From assembly GCA_020050845.1 (NCBI GenBank), contig JAGVJZ010000027.1:3331-67330 (forward strand): a DNA stretch of 64,000 nucleotides, in the 5' to 3' direction. The DNA comes from Gammaproteobacteria bacterium (lineage in GTDB: Bacteria; Pseudomonadota; Gammaproteobacteria; UBA6002). The translations under genes were made by a program, and so were the position numbers. The notes under the pieces are model-generated. The model was not told the DNA's origin. It searched no databases and saw only the letters and a program-made list of their open reading frames with translations. This document shows, piece by piece, positions 30,261 to 39,560 of this stretch (positions within the stretch are counted from its first letter, which is position 1; each line of letters begins with the position of its first letter).

Positions 30261-30455
30261 ATGGAAACATTAACCACAGTATTATTAGTGGCAGGTGCGG
30301 GCGTGCTTGTCTGGTTTACCTACAAAAACGTGACTCGTAATCCTCAAGCGTTTAGCAAGGAGAATACCAGTCGTAGTATATTCACCTTAGGTATCTTGGC
30401 ATTAATATTAATTGCAGTGATTGCAATGTTAGTTTACCTGCTGAAAAATTTCTAA
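30261..30455 (+). CDS. Small two-TM membrane protein (hypothetical)
   Basis: 64 aa. ATG lies 1 nt after the pyk stop. Two hydrophobic helices, and a strong hairpin follows. Confidence 0.4.
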   Translation: METLTTVLLVAGAGVLVWFTYKNVTRNPQAFSKENTSRSIFTLGILALILIAVIAMLVYLLKNF

Positions 30456-30461
30456 ACGTAG

Positions 30462-30508
30462 CTTGGGTGCAACCCAGGAACCTTTGATTTCCTGGGTTTG
30501 CACCCAGG
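30462..30508 (+). terminator. Strong GC hairpin (about 19-bp stem) ending the tkt-gap-pgk-pyk transcription unit; no U-tract
   Basis: CTTGGGTGCAACCCAGGAA ... TTCCTGGGTTTGCACCCAGG. Confidence 0.45.
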
Positions 30509-30535
30509 CTAGGTATTAGAGTAGTATAGAGACTT

Positions 30536-31138
30536 ATGAAAAAACCTCATTACAACAACGCTACTTTTTTGTTAAGCGCACCTACTCTAGTTGAATTACC
30601 TCCTGACCACGGTATGGAAGTTGCTTTTATCGGTCGGTCCAACGCTGGCAAATCAAGTGCCTTAAACACTATTACCGGCATAAAAGCTTTAGCACGAACC
30701 AGTAAAACACCTGGCCGTACTCAAATGATTAATCTTTTTAGGCTTGACGATCAGCGACGCTTAGTTGACTTGCCAGGATATGGTTATGCGAAAGTTCCTT
30801 TAGCGATCAAGCATCGTTGGCAAAAAAACATCAATGAATACCTCCAAAAGCGTGAATGTTTAAAAGGTCTTATTTTAATCATGGATATTCGACATCCCTT
30901 AAAAGAGTATGATCAACAATGCCTAGAATGGGCATTTCATTCGAATCTTCCAACTCATATTTTGCTCACTAAAGCAGATAAGTTAAGTCGTGGCGCTGCC
31001 ATTAACACACTTATTGAAGTACGAAAAGCAATTGAACACATGCAAAGTACTAGCGTCCAATTATTTTCTTCATTAAATAAAGTAGGTCTTGACGAAGCGC
31101 TGCTGCAACTTGATAGTTGGTATACTGAGGAAGAGTAG
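30536..31138 (+). CDS. engB: Ribosome biogenesis GTPase EngB (YsxC/YihA)
   Basis: G1 motif GRSNAGKSS and G3 DLPGYG. 200 aa. Confidence 0.85.
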   Translation: MKKPHYNNATFLLSAPTLVELPPDHGMEVAFIGRSNAGKSSALNTITGIKALARTSKTPGRTQMINLFRLDDQRRLVDLPGYGYAKVPLAIKHRWQKNINEYLQKRECLKGLILIMDIRHPLKEYDQQCLEWAFHSNLPTHILLTKADKLSRGAAINTLIEVRKAIEHMQSTSVQLFSSLNKVGLDEALLQLDSWYTEEE

Positions 31139-31323
31139 TTTTCTTAGCAACCGTAAAATATTGTATCCGAATTTAATGCAACAATCGTGCCCGCGCCCGA
31201 TTAAGCTGGTGAGTTGCAGAAAGTTTGTGAGATCAATCACCCCCTCCACTCAAATAGCTAACCTTGATTGCACTAGAGGCTTATGAAAGTTACTCTAGTA
31301 TGGTTCTTAACGAAGGTTATGCC

Positions 31324-33066
31324 ATGTCGTTTTCGCCAAAAAAAATCTTTTCAAAGTTTGAAATGACGAGTTTGTCTTTTCCCAATTATTGGGATTTGGC
31401 GGCGATCATCTTGGTATTAGCCATCTTAGTTATTTTGGGGTTTGGCGTTCATCAAATGTCACTGCCCTATCAAACTGGCGAAACAATTCCTATTTCTTTG
31501 GATCCTTGGAATCTACCTTACTATGCGCTTCGCTCTGTCTTGCGGATGTTAATTTCTTTAGTGTTCAGTTTAGTGTTTACCTTTATTTTTGGAACTTTAG
31601 CGGCTCGAAGTAAACATGCTGAACGAATTATTATTCCGATGATTGATGTTTTACAATCGGTACCGGTTTTATCTTTTCTATCACTCACGATTGTCGGTTT
31701 CATTGCGCTTTTTCCAGGTAGTATGTGGGGCCCGGAGTGTGCAGCCATTTTTGCTATTTTTACTTCTCAAGCTTGGAATATTGCTTTGAGCTTTTATCAA
31801 AGCTTGCGGACCGTACCTTATGAACTTCAAGAAGCAGCGTCGATGTTTCACCTTTCATTTTGGCAACGTTTTTGGCGTCTAGATGTTCCTTTTGCTATGC
31901 CTGCGCTGCTTTGGAATATTATGGTGTCGATGTCTGCCAGTTGGTTCTTTGTGGTTGCCGCTGAGTCAATTACTGTTGCTAACCATAATATTATGTTACC
32001 AGGGATTGGTTCTTACATTGCCTTGGCCGTATTAAAAGCAGATGGATGGAGCGTTTTTTATGCCATCTTAGCCATGTTGATAGTGATCTTCTTATACGAT
32101 CAACTTTTATTTCGACCATTAAGTAATTGGGGTGAACGATTCAAATTCGAGCAAGACGACGACAATACCCGTAGCGGTACTTGGTTGGCAGCATTATTCG
32201 AAAATACAACCTGGGTTCGACGTAGTGGCATACTCTTGAAAAAATTTTGGGAATCATTTGTTAATATTCGTTTGTTGCAAGGGCAAGCACAAGTTATTCC
32301 AAGCTACAATCAAAAGTGGCAAAAATTATTAGTTATCTTCTGGTATGTCTTTCTCTTTGCAATACTTGCTATGAGCTTGGCGATTGTCAGCAAATTTATT
32401 TTTGCTTATGTATCATTCAAAGAAGGCTTCCATGTTATTTATCTTGGGCTAATCACCTGTACTCGGGTCATGGTATTAATTGTGTTATGTTCCTTCATCT
32501 GGGTACCGGTTGGTGTTTGGATTGGTCTTAGGCCTAAGTACGTCGATTTTTTTCAACCGATTATTCAAATGTTAGCCGCGTTTCCTGCGAATCTTTTTTT
32601 CCCGGTTGTCGTGATGTTGATCGTTCGATATCACATGAACGTCGAGATTTGGACTTCGCCACTCATGATCCTTGGAACACAATGGTATATTCTTTTTAAT
32701 GTCATTGCCGGTGTGAGCGCTTTACCAAAAGAAATGCAGCAGGTGGCCAGTAATTTTAATGTCAATGGCTGGCTTTGGTGGAAGAGGATAGTGTTACCCG
32801 GTATTTTTCCTTATTATGTTACGGGTGCTATTACAGCAGCAGGTGGTGCTTGGAATGCGAGTATCATTGCAGAAGCAGTTAACTGGGGACAGACTAAACT
32901 CGTTGCTACTGGCTTGGGTGCTTATATTACTGTCCAAGCGACGAATGGCGACTTTCCTCGCCTGGTTTTAGGAACAGGAGTAATGTGTTTATTCGTGATA
33001 GCCATTAATCGAATTTTATGGGGTCCATTATACAACTTAGCGGATGAACGCTTTCGTCTGGAGTGA
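31324..33066 (+). CDS. ABC transporter permease with two fused transmembrane domains (NitT/TauT-like BPD family)
   Basis: About 580 aa with about 12 TM helices and two EAA-like loops. Start set at 31324 (AAGG 7 nt upstream). Confidence 0.65.
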   Translation: MSFSPKKIFSKFEMTSLSFPNYWDLAAIILVLAILVILGFGVHQMSLPYQTGETIPISLDPWNLPYYALRSVLRMLISLVFSLVFTFIFGTLAARSKHAERIIIPMIDVLQSVPVLSFLSLTIVGFIALFPGSMWGPECAAIFAIFTSQAWNIALSFYQSLRTVPYELQEAASMFHLSFWQRFWRLDVPFAMPALLWNIMVSMSASWFFVVAAESITVANHNIMLPGIGSYIALAVLKADGWSVFYAILAMLIVIFLYDQLLFRPLSNWGERFKFEQDDDNTRSGTWLAALFENTTWVRRSGILLKKFWESFVNIRLLQGQAQVIPSYNQKWQKLLVIFWYVFLFAILAMSLAIVSKFIFAYVSFKEGFHVIYLGLITCTRVMVLIVLCSFIWVPVGVWIGLRPKYVDFFQPIIQMLAAFPANLFFPVVVMLIVRYHMNVEIWTSPLMILGTQWYILFNVIAGVSALPKEMQQVASNFNVNGWLWWKRIVLPGIFPYYVTGAITAAGGAWNASIIAEAVNWGQTKLVATGLGAYITVQATNGDFPRLVLGTGVMCLFVIAINRILWGPLYNLADERFRLE

Positions 33067-33069
33067 GCT

Positions 33070-34389
33070 ATGACTCAGAAGATCACTGCGTTGTCTTCAA
33101 ATCTGATTGAGACAATGGGTGTTAAAAAATCTTTCAAAAAAAGTGACCATCAAGACTTATTAGTGCTTGAGGATGTTAACTTTATTCTTAGAGAAAATGA
33201 GATTGTTGCTCTGTTAGGAAAATCAGGTTCTGGTAAATCGACACTAATGCGAATCATTTCAGGTTTAATTCCAGCAACGGCAGGTGAAGTGATTTACTTG
33301 GGCAAACCTGTAAATGGTCCAGTCAAGGGCATGGCAATGGTTTTCCAGAATTTTGCATTATTACCGTGGCTCACTGTTTTGCAAAATGTGGAATTAGGTT
33401 TAGAAGCGCTAGGAGTGTCTAAATCAGAACGTCGAGCGCGAGCGATCGAGGCGATTGATGTCATAGGCTTAGATGGTTTTGAATCGGCTTACCCCAAAGA
33501 ACTTTCAGGTGGTATGAGTCAACGGGTGGGATTTGCCAGAGCATTGGTTGTTGATCCTACCGTATTATTAATGGACGAACCTTTTTCAGCGCTTGATGTA
33601 TTAACAGCGGATAACTTACGAAGTGATTTATTAGATCTTTGGCAAGAAAAAAAGACCCACATTAAAGGAATTATTTGCGTTACCCACAATATCGAGGAAG
33701 CAGCAATTCTTGCAGATCGTATTTTAATTTTTGGTGCCGATCCAGGTTATATCAAAGATGATCTTGCAGTAGATTTACCTCGTCCTCGAAACGCTCAAGA
33801 TCCAAAATTTCGAAAGCTCGTAGATGAAATTTACACCCTCATGACGACACCATCAGCCGATAGAATCAGCGTTGCTGGCGTCCGTTACAAAACAATTGGC
33901 TTAGGGTTTAGATTACCTTATGTAGAAATTTCAGAATTAACAGGTTTTATGGAAGCACTCGATTCGCCTGATTACCAAGATAGAGTTGACTTGCCAGAAC
34001 TCGCAGAAGACTTACAACTTAATGTTGATGACTTATTTCATATTATTGAAGCACTTGAAATTATGCGATTTGCTTATGTTTCTAAGGGAGATATCGAGTT
34101 AACTGGTGCTGGAAAATTATTTGCGCAGGCAGATATTTTAAGGCGAAAGCAAATCTTTGCAGCACATCTTTTGAGCTATGTACCTTTAGCGCGCCATATT
34201 CGCCGAGTGTTAGATGAAAGACCAGAACATGTTGCTTCAGAAGATCGCTTTTTAAGAGAATTAGAAGATTACCTGAGTCAGGAAGCAGCAGAAGAAGTTT
34301 TAAAAATAGTCATTGAGTGGGGACGATATGCAGAAATTTTCGCCTATGACTATAACACTGGTATTTTAAGTTTGGAAAATCCTGAGTAA
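33070..34389 (+). CDS. ABC transporter ATP-binding protein with a C-terminal AAA-associated (PF09821-like) domain
   Basis: Walker A GKSGSGKST, signature LSGGMSQR, Walker B LLMDEP, plus a 180-aa C-terminal extension. Confidence 0.75.
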   Translation: MTQKITALSSNLIETMGVKKSFKKSDHQDLLVLEDVNFILRENEIVALLGKSGSGKSTLMRIISGLIPATAGEVIYLGKPVNGPVKGMAMVFQNFALLPWLTVLQNVELGLEALGVSKSERRARAIEAIDVIGLDGFESAYPKELSGGMSQRVGFARALVVDPTVLLMDEPFSALDVLTADNLRSDLLDLWQEKKTHIKGIICVTHNIEEAAILADRILIFGADPGYIKDDLAVDLPRPRNAQDPKFRKLVDEIYTLMTTPSADRISVAGVRYKTIGLGFRLPYVEISELTGFMEALDSPDYQDRVDLPELAEDLQLNVDDLFHIIEALEIMRFAYVSKGDIELTGAGKLFAQADILRRKQIFAAHLLSYVPLARHIRRVLDERPEHVASEDRFLRELEDYLSQEAAEEVLKIVIEWGRYAEIFAYDYNTGILSLENPE

Positions 34390-34405
34390 CCATTTAAGGA
34401 TAAAC

Positions 34406-35290
34406 ATGCTAACTACCCTAGACATCATTGATTGGTTTCAAGAAATACCGAATGACTTAGCGCAGACAGCAGTTCAAGCACTTGAGTCAGGACAAGTTCT
34501 ATTTTTGCCAAACTTAAATTTTGCTTTGAAAAAAGAAGAACAAAATTTTTTATCACCACAATATGCTGATACGCGAACTAAAAATATTAGTTATGATATT
34601 AATCATCATCGTCTAAGAGGTTTGGTTTGTGATGACGAAGAGCGCGAATATTTTGAAAATATGATGGCGCGTTTTGCGAAACAGTCACAAATTTTAATCA
34701 GACACTTACTTAATCATTACGCACCTTCATTATTATCAGCGCGCACCAGTTTCAGGCCCGTTGAAATCGCGGGCAGAATAGCACCCTCATATCGTAAAGA
34801 TGACACTCGTTTACATGTCGATGCTTTTCCTGCTAATCCTACTCAAGGTAAACGAATTCTACGACTATTCACTAACGTCAATCCTGTCTCAAAACCGAGG
34901 GTTTGGCGACTAGGAGAACCTTTTGAAGAAGTTGCTAAACAATTTCACCCTAGCTTAAAGAGACCTGTTTTTGGTAGTGCGTATTTGCTTCAAGCTTTAA
35001 AGATCACAAAGGCAAGGCGAACACTTTACGATCATTATATGCTGCAGCTCCATGACAATATGAAAGCAGATCTTGATTATCAAAAAACGGTAGCACAACA
35101 ACAAGTCGAATTTCCCGCCGGAAGCAGTTGGATCGTATACACGGATCAAGTTTCCCATGCTGCAATGGCAGGACAATTCACTTTCGAACAAACATTTTAT
35201 TTGCCGCCCGAAGGTTTACTCGAGCCGTCAAAATCTCCTTTGGGAGTTTTAGAAGGAATGCTAAATAAAGATTTGATTAGTTTGTTCTAA
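34406..35290 (+). CDS. Putative Kdo 3-hydroxylase-like Fe(II)/2-oxoglutarate dioxygenase (KdoO/DUF2843-like)
   Basis: 294 aa with an HxD motif (LHVDAF). The family assignment is from memory of KdoO proteins and is uncertain. Confidence 0.35.
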   Translation: MLTTLDIIDWFQEIPNDLAQTAVQALESGQVLFLPNLNFALKKEEQNFLSPQYADTRTKNISYDINHHRLRGLVCDDEEREYFENMMARFAKQSQILIRHLLNHYAPSLLSARTSFRPVEIAGRIAPSYRKDDTRLHVDAFPANPTQGKRILRLFTNVNPVSKPRVWRLGEPFEEVAKQFHPSLKRPVFGSAYLLQALKITKARRTLYDHYMLQLHDNMKADLDYQKTVAQQQVEFPAGSSWIVYTDQVSHAAMAGQFTFEQTFYLPPEGLLEPSKSPLGVLEGMLNKDLISLF

Positions 35291-35300
35291 AGCGTTTTTT

Positions 35301-35418
35301 TTTGTCATCTTAAGCTTTTTCCCTTCTCCCACTTATGAGAGAAGGTGGCCGAAGGCCGGATGAGGGCCCTCACCCACAAGGGATAACGCTTAAGTGGATG
35401 CCTACGCGGGAATGACAC
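35301..35418. repeat. About 118-bp MITE-like intergenic element bounded by TGTCAT...CTTAAGC / GCTTAAG...ATGACA inverted ends, with internal palindromes
   Basis: Left end TTTGTCATCTTAAGC, right end GCTTAAGTGGATGCCTACGCGGGAATGACA. Internal GAGGGCCCTC palindrome and CTTCTC-N8-GAGAAG hairpin. Confidence 0.45.
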
Positions 35419-36349
35419 GCAATTTAGCAATATAAAACCCAGCCATCAGTTCGTTAGGAATTATTCTAATCGTATTAACTAAAGATTCATCGAACACTTC
35501 TTTATGCCAGTGTGTTAAACCAGTTTGATAATTGTCAAAAGGTATTGCTAAAGGTTGCACTTCTATACTCTTTCCAAATTTATCTAACGCATATTGAATG
35601 ATTGCTTCATTTTCTTCAGGAGCATATGAACAAGTACAATAAATAAGGCTGCCGCCTGGTTTGAGACATTTTATGGCGGAGTAAATTAATTTTTTTTGTT
35701 TGCGGTTCATTTCCAAGATTTTTTTTTCGCTCCAAAACGCAAAACTTTTTGGATCTTTTGGATCAAATCTTGCTTCTGCTGAACAAGGAGCATCCAATAA
35801 GACGCGATCAAATCTTGCCGGAACCACTCGCCATAAAGCTGAACCATCCTTGCAATAAGTGGCAACGATATTAGCGCCTGCCAAGTTAATATTGGAACGC
35901 AGTTTAAAAAAACGATCTCGGACCGGTTCAATTGCTGCAATTCTTCCCTGATTATGCATAAGGTCGGCGATGTGCAATGTTTTACCACCAGGCGCTGCTG
36001 CCAAGTCTAAAATTTCCTCGCCAGGGTTTGGATCTAATGCGAGCGAAGCAAAAAGACTTGAAGCATTTTGAATGTAAATTTCACCCTCAGAGAAATAGCT
36101 GGTCTGCGTAAGTAAACGTTTTTGCGCTGTTGGAACATAATAGGCATTTTGACACCAATCAATTGGAGTGACGTCGAGATCAAGCTTCCCCAGAACAGCG
36201 TCGGGACTTATCTTTAATGTGTTGATTCTGAATGAAGTCAATCTTTCTGAATTAAAGACCCTTAGAAATTGTGCATAGTTTTCGGGCGATAAGATGGCGG
36301 TGAGGCGCTGGAGAAAGGCAGGCGGTAGAGAAATGTCTGGAGGATTCAT
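35402..36349 (-). CDS. RsmB/RsmF-family rRNA m5C methyltransferase (MTase domain only)
   Basis: NOL1/NOP2/Sun motifs DLAAAPGGKT and DAPCS plus a catalytic Cys. 315 aa. Confidence 0.6.
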   Translation of the reverse strand: MNPPDISLPPAFLQRLTAILSPENYAQFLRVFNSERLTSFRINTLKISPDAVLGKLDLDVTPIDWCQNAYYVPTAQKRLLTQTSYFSEGEIYIQNASSLFASLALDPNPGEEILDLAAAPGGKTLHIADLMHNQGRIAAIEPVRDRFFKLRSNINLAGANIVATYCKDGSALWRVVPARFDRVLLDAPCSAEARFDPKDPKSFAFWSEKKILEMNRKQKKLIYSAIKCLKPGGSLIYCTCSYAPEENEAIIQYALDKFGKSIEVQPLAIPFDNYQTGLTHWHKEVFDESLVNTIRIIPNELMAGFYIAKLRVIPA

Positions 36350-36405
36350 GCGCTTATATTCATAATGTATACACGATGCGGAATATTTAACAGGAGGTAG
36401 CTCAA

Positions 36406-37776
36406 ATGTCCACCTTTGAAATCAGAAATCCTGCTAACGGTACTTTGATCAATACTTATGAAGAAATGTCAGTCAGTGAAGTAGAGAGCATCATCGATAA
36501 GGGTCATGAGACTTTCAAAGAATGGCATAAAACTAGCTTCGAAACTCGTAGAATGCTGATGCGCAAAGCAGGAGAGGTCTTGCGCAATAATGCTCGCGAT
36601 TATGCGAAATTAATGACGATCGAAATGGGTAAACCGATTAAAAGTGGTATCAATGAAATTGAAAAATGTGCCTGGTGTTGTGATTTTTATGCAGATAATG
36701 CTGAAAAATTTTTGGCTCCTGTCCCGGTCGCTAATGGCACGTCTAAAAGCTATATCACCTTTAATCCGCTAGGGACGATATTGGGGATCATGCCGTGGAA
36801 TTTTCCTTTTTGGCAAGTTTTTCGATTCGCAGTTCCGACTTTGATGGCTGGTAACACCGCTTTACTAAAGCATTCACTGAATACCACCGGGTGTTCTTTG
36901 GCGATTGAGGAGATTTTTCATCAGGCTGGTTTCCCTCATGGTACCTTTCGAAGTTTAATCGTAAGTGGCGAAAGCATTGATAAAGCAATCCCACATCGTC
37001 ACATTGCCGCCGTTTCACTGACGGGAAGTACTCCTGCTGGTAAAACTGTTGCAGAAATCGCAGGACGACATCTTAAAAAAGTGGTGTTGGAATTGGGAGG
37101 AAGTGATCCTTATTTAATTTTAGAAGATGCTGATTTAGAGCAGGCAGCTGATGTCTGTGTCGCTAGTCGCTTAACCAATTCTGGTCAAAGTTGCATTGCC
37201 GCAAAGCGTTTTATTGTTTTGAATTCTGTAAAAGAAGAATTTGAAAAATTATTCGTAAAAAAAATGAGTGAAGCCAAAATGGGTGATCCAATCAAGGAAG
37301 ATACCGATGTGGGCCCCCAAGCACGTTATGACCTTCGTGATCATTTACATCAGCAAGTAGAAAAAAGTATACGTGAAGGAGCTAAATGTTTGTTAGGAGG
37401 TAAAATTCCTAATTTGCCAGGTGCTTATTATCCGCCAACTGTTTTAACCAACGTTAAGCCAGGTATGCCTGCTTATGACGAAGAATTGTTTGGGCCGGTT
37501 GCCGCCATCATCGGAGCCAAAGATGAGGATGAAGCCATTACAATAGCAAATGATACAATCTATGGATTAGGTGCGGCTGTCTTCACAAATGATTTGTCGC
37601 GAGGAGAAAGAATAGCGGCTAACAAGTTAATTGCCGGAAGTTGTTTTGTGAATAGTCTTGTTAAATCTGATCCACGGTTGCCATTTGGTGGCGTTAAAGA
37701 AAGTGGCTATGGTCGGGAGCTTTCTGAGTTTGGGATTAGAGAATTTGTAAATATTAAAACGGTGGTGATTGATTAA
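36406..37776 (+). CDS. NAD(P)-dependent aldehyde dehydrogenase (succinate-semialdehyde dehydrogenase-like)
   Basis: ALDH family with catalytic Cys (SGQSCIAAKR) and Glu (ELGGSDP). Confidence 0.75.
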   Translation: MSTFEIRNPANGTLINTYEEMSVSEVESIIDKGHETFKEWHKTSFETRRMLMRKAGEVLRNNARDYAKLMTIEMGKPIKSGINEIEKCAWCCDFYADNAEKFLAPVPVANGTSKSYITFNPLGTILGIMPWNFPFWQVFRFAVPTLMAGNTALLKHSLNTTGCSLAIEEIFHQAGFPHGTFRSLIVSGESIDKAIPHRHIAAVSLTGSTPAGKTVAEIAGRHLKKVVLELGGSDPYLILEDADLEQAADVCVASRLTNSGQSCIAAKRFIVLNSVKEEFEKLFVKKMSEAKMGDPIKEDTDVGPQARYDLRDHLHQQVEKSIREGAKCLLGGKIPNLPGAYYPPTVLTNVKPGMPAYDEELFGPVAAIIGAKDEDEAITIANDTIYGLGAAVFTNDLSRGERIAANKLIAGSCFVNSLVKSDPRLPFGGVKESGYGRELSEFGIREFVNIKTVVID

Positions 37777-37783
37777 GCCTAAG

Positions 37784-38239
37784 TTACAAACGACGTAGTA
37801 ATTCTTTTATTTCAGATAAGACTTGATCGATTTGTTTAATTGAGCGGGGCATGACAAAAAGAGTGTCATCACCTGCTACTGTACCCAGGACGCCTAATTT
37901 GGCAAGATTATGGTCGATCAATCGACCAAACAGAGAAGCTGAACCTGGACTAGTGTGAATCACGATGACAGTCTCATTGGCTTCAATATCAATAATTAAA
38001 TTTGCGAGAGTACTTTTAGCCTGTGGGGGCGCAGGTTCTTTTGGCAAACAATAAACAACTTGACCAAACTCATTACTTGCTTTGATCGCGCCAATTTTGC
38101 GAAGCAAACGGGAAATTTTTGCTTGGTTAACATCAAATCCAAGTTTAGTAAGATGTTGCTTGATGTCTTCTTGAGTGCTAGCTGAGCCTTCGATCAGCAG
38201 CTTTTTTAAACCCTCAAGCATAGTAGATGGCTTGGCCAT
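37784..38239 (-). CDS. argR: Arginine repressor
   Basis: Winged-helix N-terminus (QEDIKQHLTKLGFDVNQAKISR) and ArgR C-terminal oligomerisation domain. ATG at 38239. Confidence 0.8.
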   Translation of the reverse strand: MAKPSTMLEGLKKLLIEGSASTQEDIKQHLTKLGFDVNQAKISRLLRKIGAIKASNEFGQVVYCLPKEPAPPQAKSTLANLIIDIEANETVIVIHTSPGSASLFGRLIDHNLAKLGVLGTVAGDDTLFVMPRSIKQIDQVLSEIKELLRRL

Positions 38240-38271
38240 AATATGAAACTCCACTATTTATTAGGTACAAA

Positions 38272-39000
38272 ATGCGACTAGCAAGAATATATTATGAAGG
38301 TAAGTTAGGTATCGAATTACTGATTACTTTACCACAAGATACAAGTCACTACCTACTACATGTTTTAAGATTAAAAGTGGGCTCGGCGGTTCTTCTCTTT
38401 AATGGTGAAGGTGGACAATACCTTGGCACAATCGCTGATATTGGCAAGAAAAGAGTCCTCGTAAATGTCGCCCAGTTTCAACCGCTCAAGACAGAATCAT
38501 CTTGTAATATTCACCTAGCACAAGCCCTTGGTAAAGGCGAGAAAATGGATTGGGTAATTCAAAAGGCGGTTGAGGTAGGCATATCAGAAATCACTCCACT
38601 CTTAACTGAATTCTGTAATGTTAAGCTAGATGAGAGCCGTGCTGATAAGCGCTGGAGCCATTGGCAAAACATTATGATTAGTGCTTGTGAACAATCGGGG
38701 CGGGCAACGTTACCTAAATTAAATCCCATTATTCAATATAAGCACTGGCTGCCAAAAATGAATTCCTCGCTGAAGCTAATCTGCCATCCTACCTGCGGTA
38801 GTAGTCTGAATAGTCTCGCTCCTAGCCGTGATATTACTGTACTAATCGGTCCTGAAGGAGGTTGGTCTGAAGATGAGCTGACCCTGGCGTTGCAAGAAGG
38901 TTTTGTCGGGGTTGCATTAGGGCCGAGAATACTGCGTATGGAGACGGCCGCTGTGGTTGCGGTGGCTTTATTACAAGCTAAGTTTGGGGATTTAATGTGA
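38272..39000 (+). CDS. rsmE: 16S rRNA (uracil1498-N3)-methyltransferase
   Basis: 242 aa with PUA-like N-terminus and SPOUT C-terminus. Confidence 0.8.
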   Translation: MRLARIYYEGKLGIELLITLPQDTSHYLLHVLRLKVGSAVLLFNGEGGQYLGTIADIGKKRVLVNVAQFQPLKTESSCNIHLAQALGKGEKMDWVIQKAVEVGISEITPLLTEFCNVKLDESRADKRWSHWQNIMISACEQSGRATLPKLNPIIQYKHWLPKMNSSLKLICHPTCGSSLNSLAPSRDITVLIGPEGGWSEDELTLALQEGFVGVALGPRILRMETAAVVAVALLQAKFGDLM

Positions 39001-39004
39001 TTTG

Positions 39005-39031
39005 TGTCATTCCCGCGCCGCGGGAATGACA
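39005..39031. terminator. Palindrome TGTCATTCCCGCG-CCG-CGGGAATGACA between convergent rsmE and PH-domain genes
   Basis: Perfect 12-nt arms. Acts as a bidirectional terminator-like hairpin with no U-tract. Shares its arm sequence with other intergenic sites. Confidence 0.5.
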
Positions 39032-39040
39032 AATAAGAAG

Positions 39041-39535
39041 CTACTTAGCGTCATCCAAGTGCTGTTGCGCAATACGACGAAAATTGAGTGGGTTAGGCAT
39101 ATAAGGGAATGGATCTTTGCTGCCGCCCGTACCTGAAACAATGATTGTTCCGTAGTCGAATAATCTACCCATCACGCTTTGATAGACTTGGATACTTTCC
39201 ACACGTGATAAAAGGATTTCCTCAGAGTAGCGCCGAATAAAACCAACTTTCATGAGTATTCTACGGGTTGTAATACCATATTCAGAGGTTTGAAAAGTCA
39301 CAAAGGCGGATAGCCCCGAGAATAATGCAGCGAACAAAGCTAAAAACCCTAATAAATCTGTAATAGTGTAGCGGTCGTAAAAATGAATATTTGCCACATT
39401 ATATTTGGGTGCAACAAACAAGATTAGAATGGCAAGAAAGAGCCACCCTAAAGAAGCTGTGAAAATTATCCAATGAGGTTTAGTTCGAAAAACTAGTTCC
39501 TCGTCGCTGGTGAGTGTCTGATCAATATAACCCAT
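39041..39535 (-). CDS. Membrane-anchored bacterial PH-domain protein (DUF304/YdbS-like)
   Basis: Two TM helices followed by a bPH_2-like domain. 164 aa. Confidence 0.5.
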   Translation of the reverse strand: MGYIDQTLTSDEELVFRTKPHWIIFTASLGWLFLAILILFVAPKYNVANIHFYDRYTITDLLGFLALFAALFSGLSAFVTFQTSEYGITTRRILMKVGFIRRYSEEILLSRVESIQVYQSVMGRLFDYGTIIVSGTGGSKDPFPYMPNPLNFRRIAQQHLDDAK

Positions 39536-39560
39536 AGAACCTCCTTGTTACTGATATGTT

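Noticed and set aside
38240-38271. ARG box in the argR/rsmE divergent spacer
   Set aside because: Only a weak TGAA/TTCA-like resemblance in a 32-bp spacer, with no convincing 18-bp ARG box pair.
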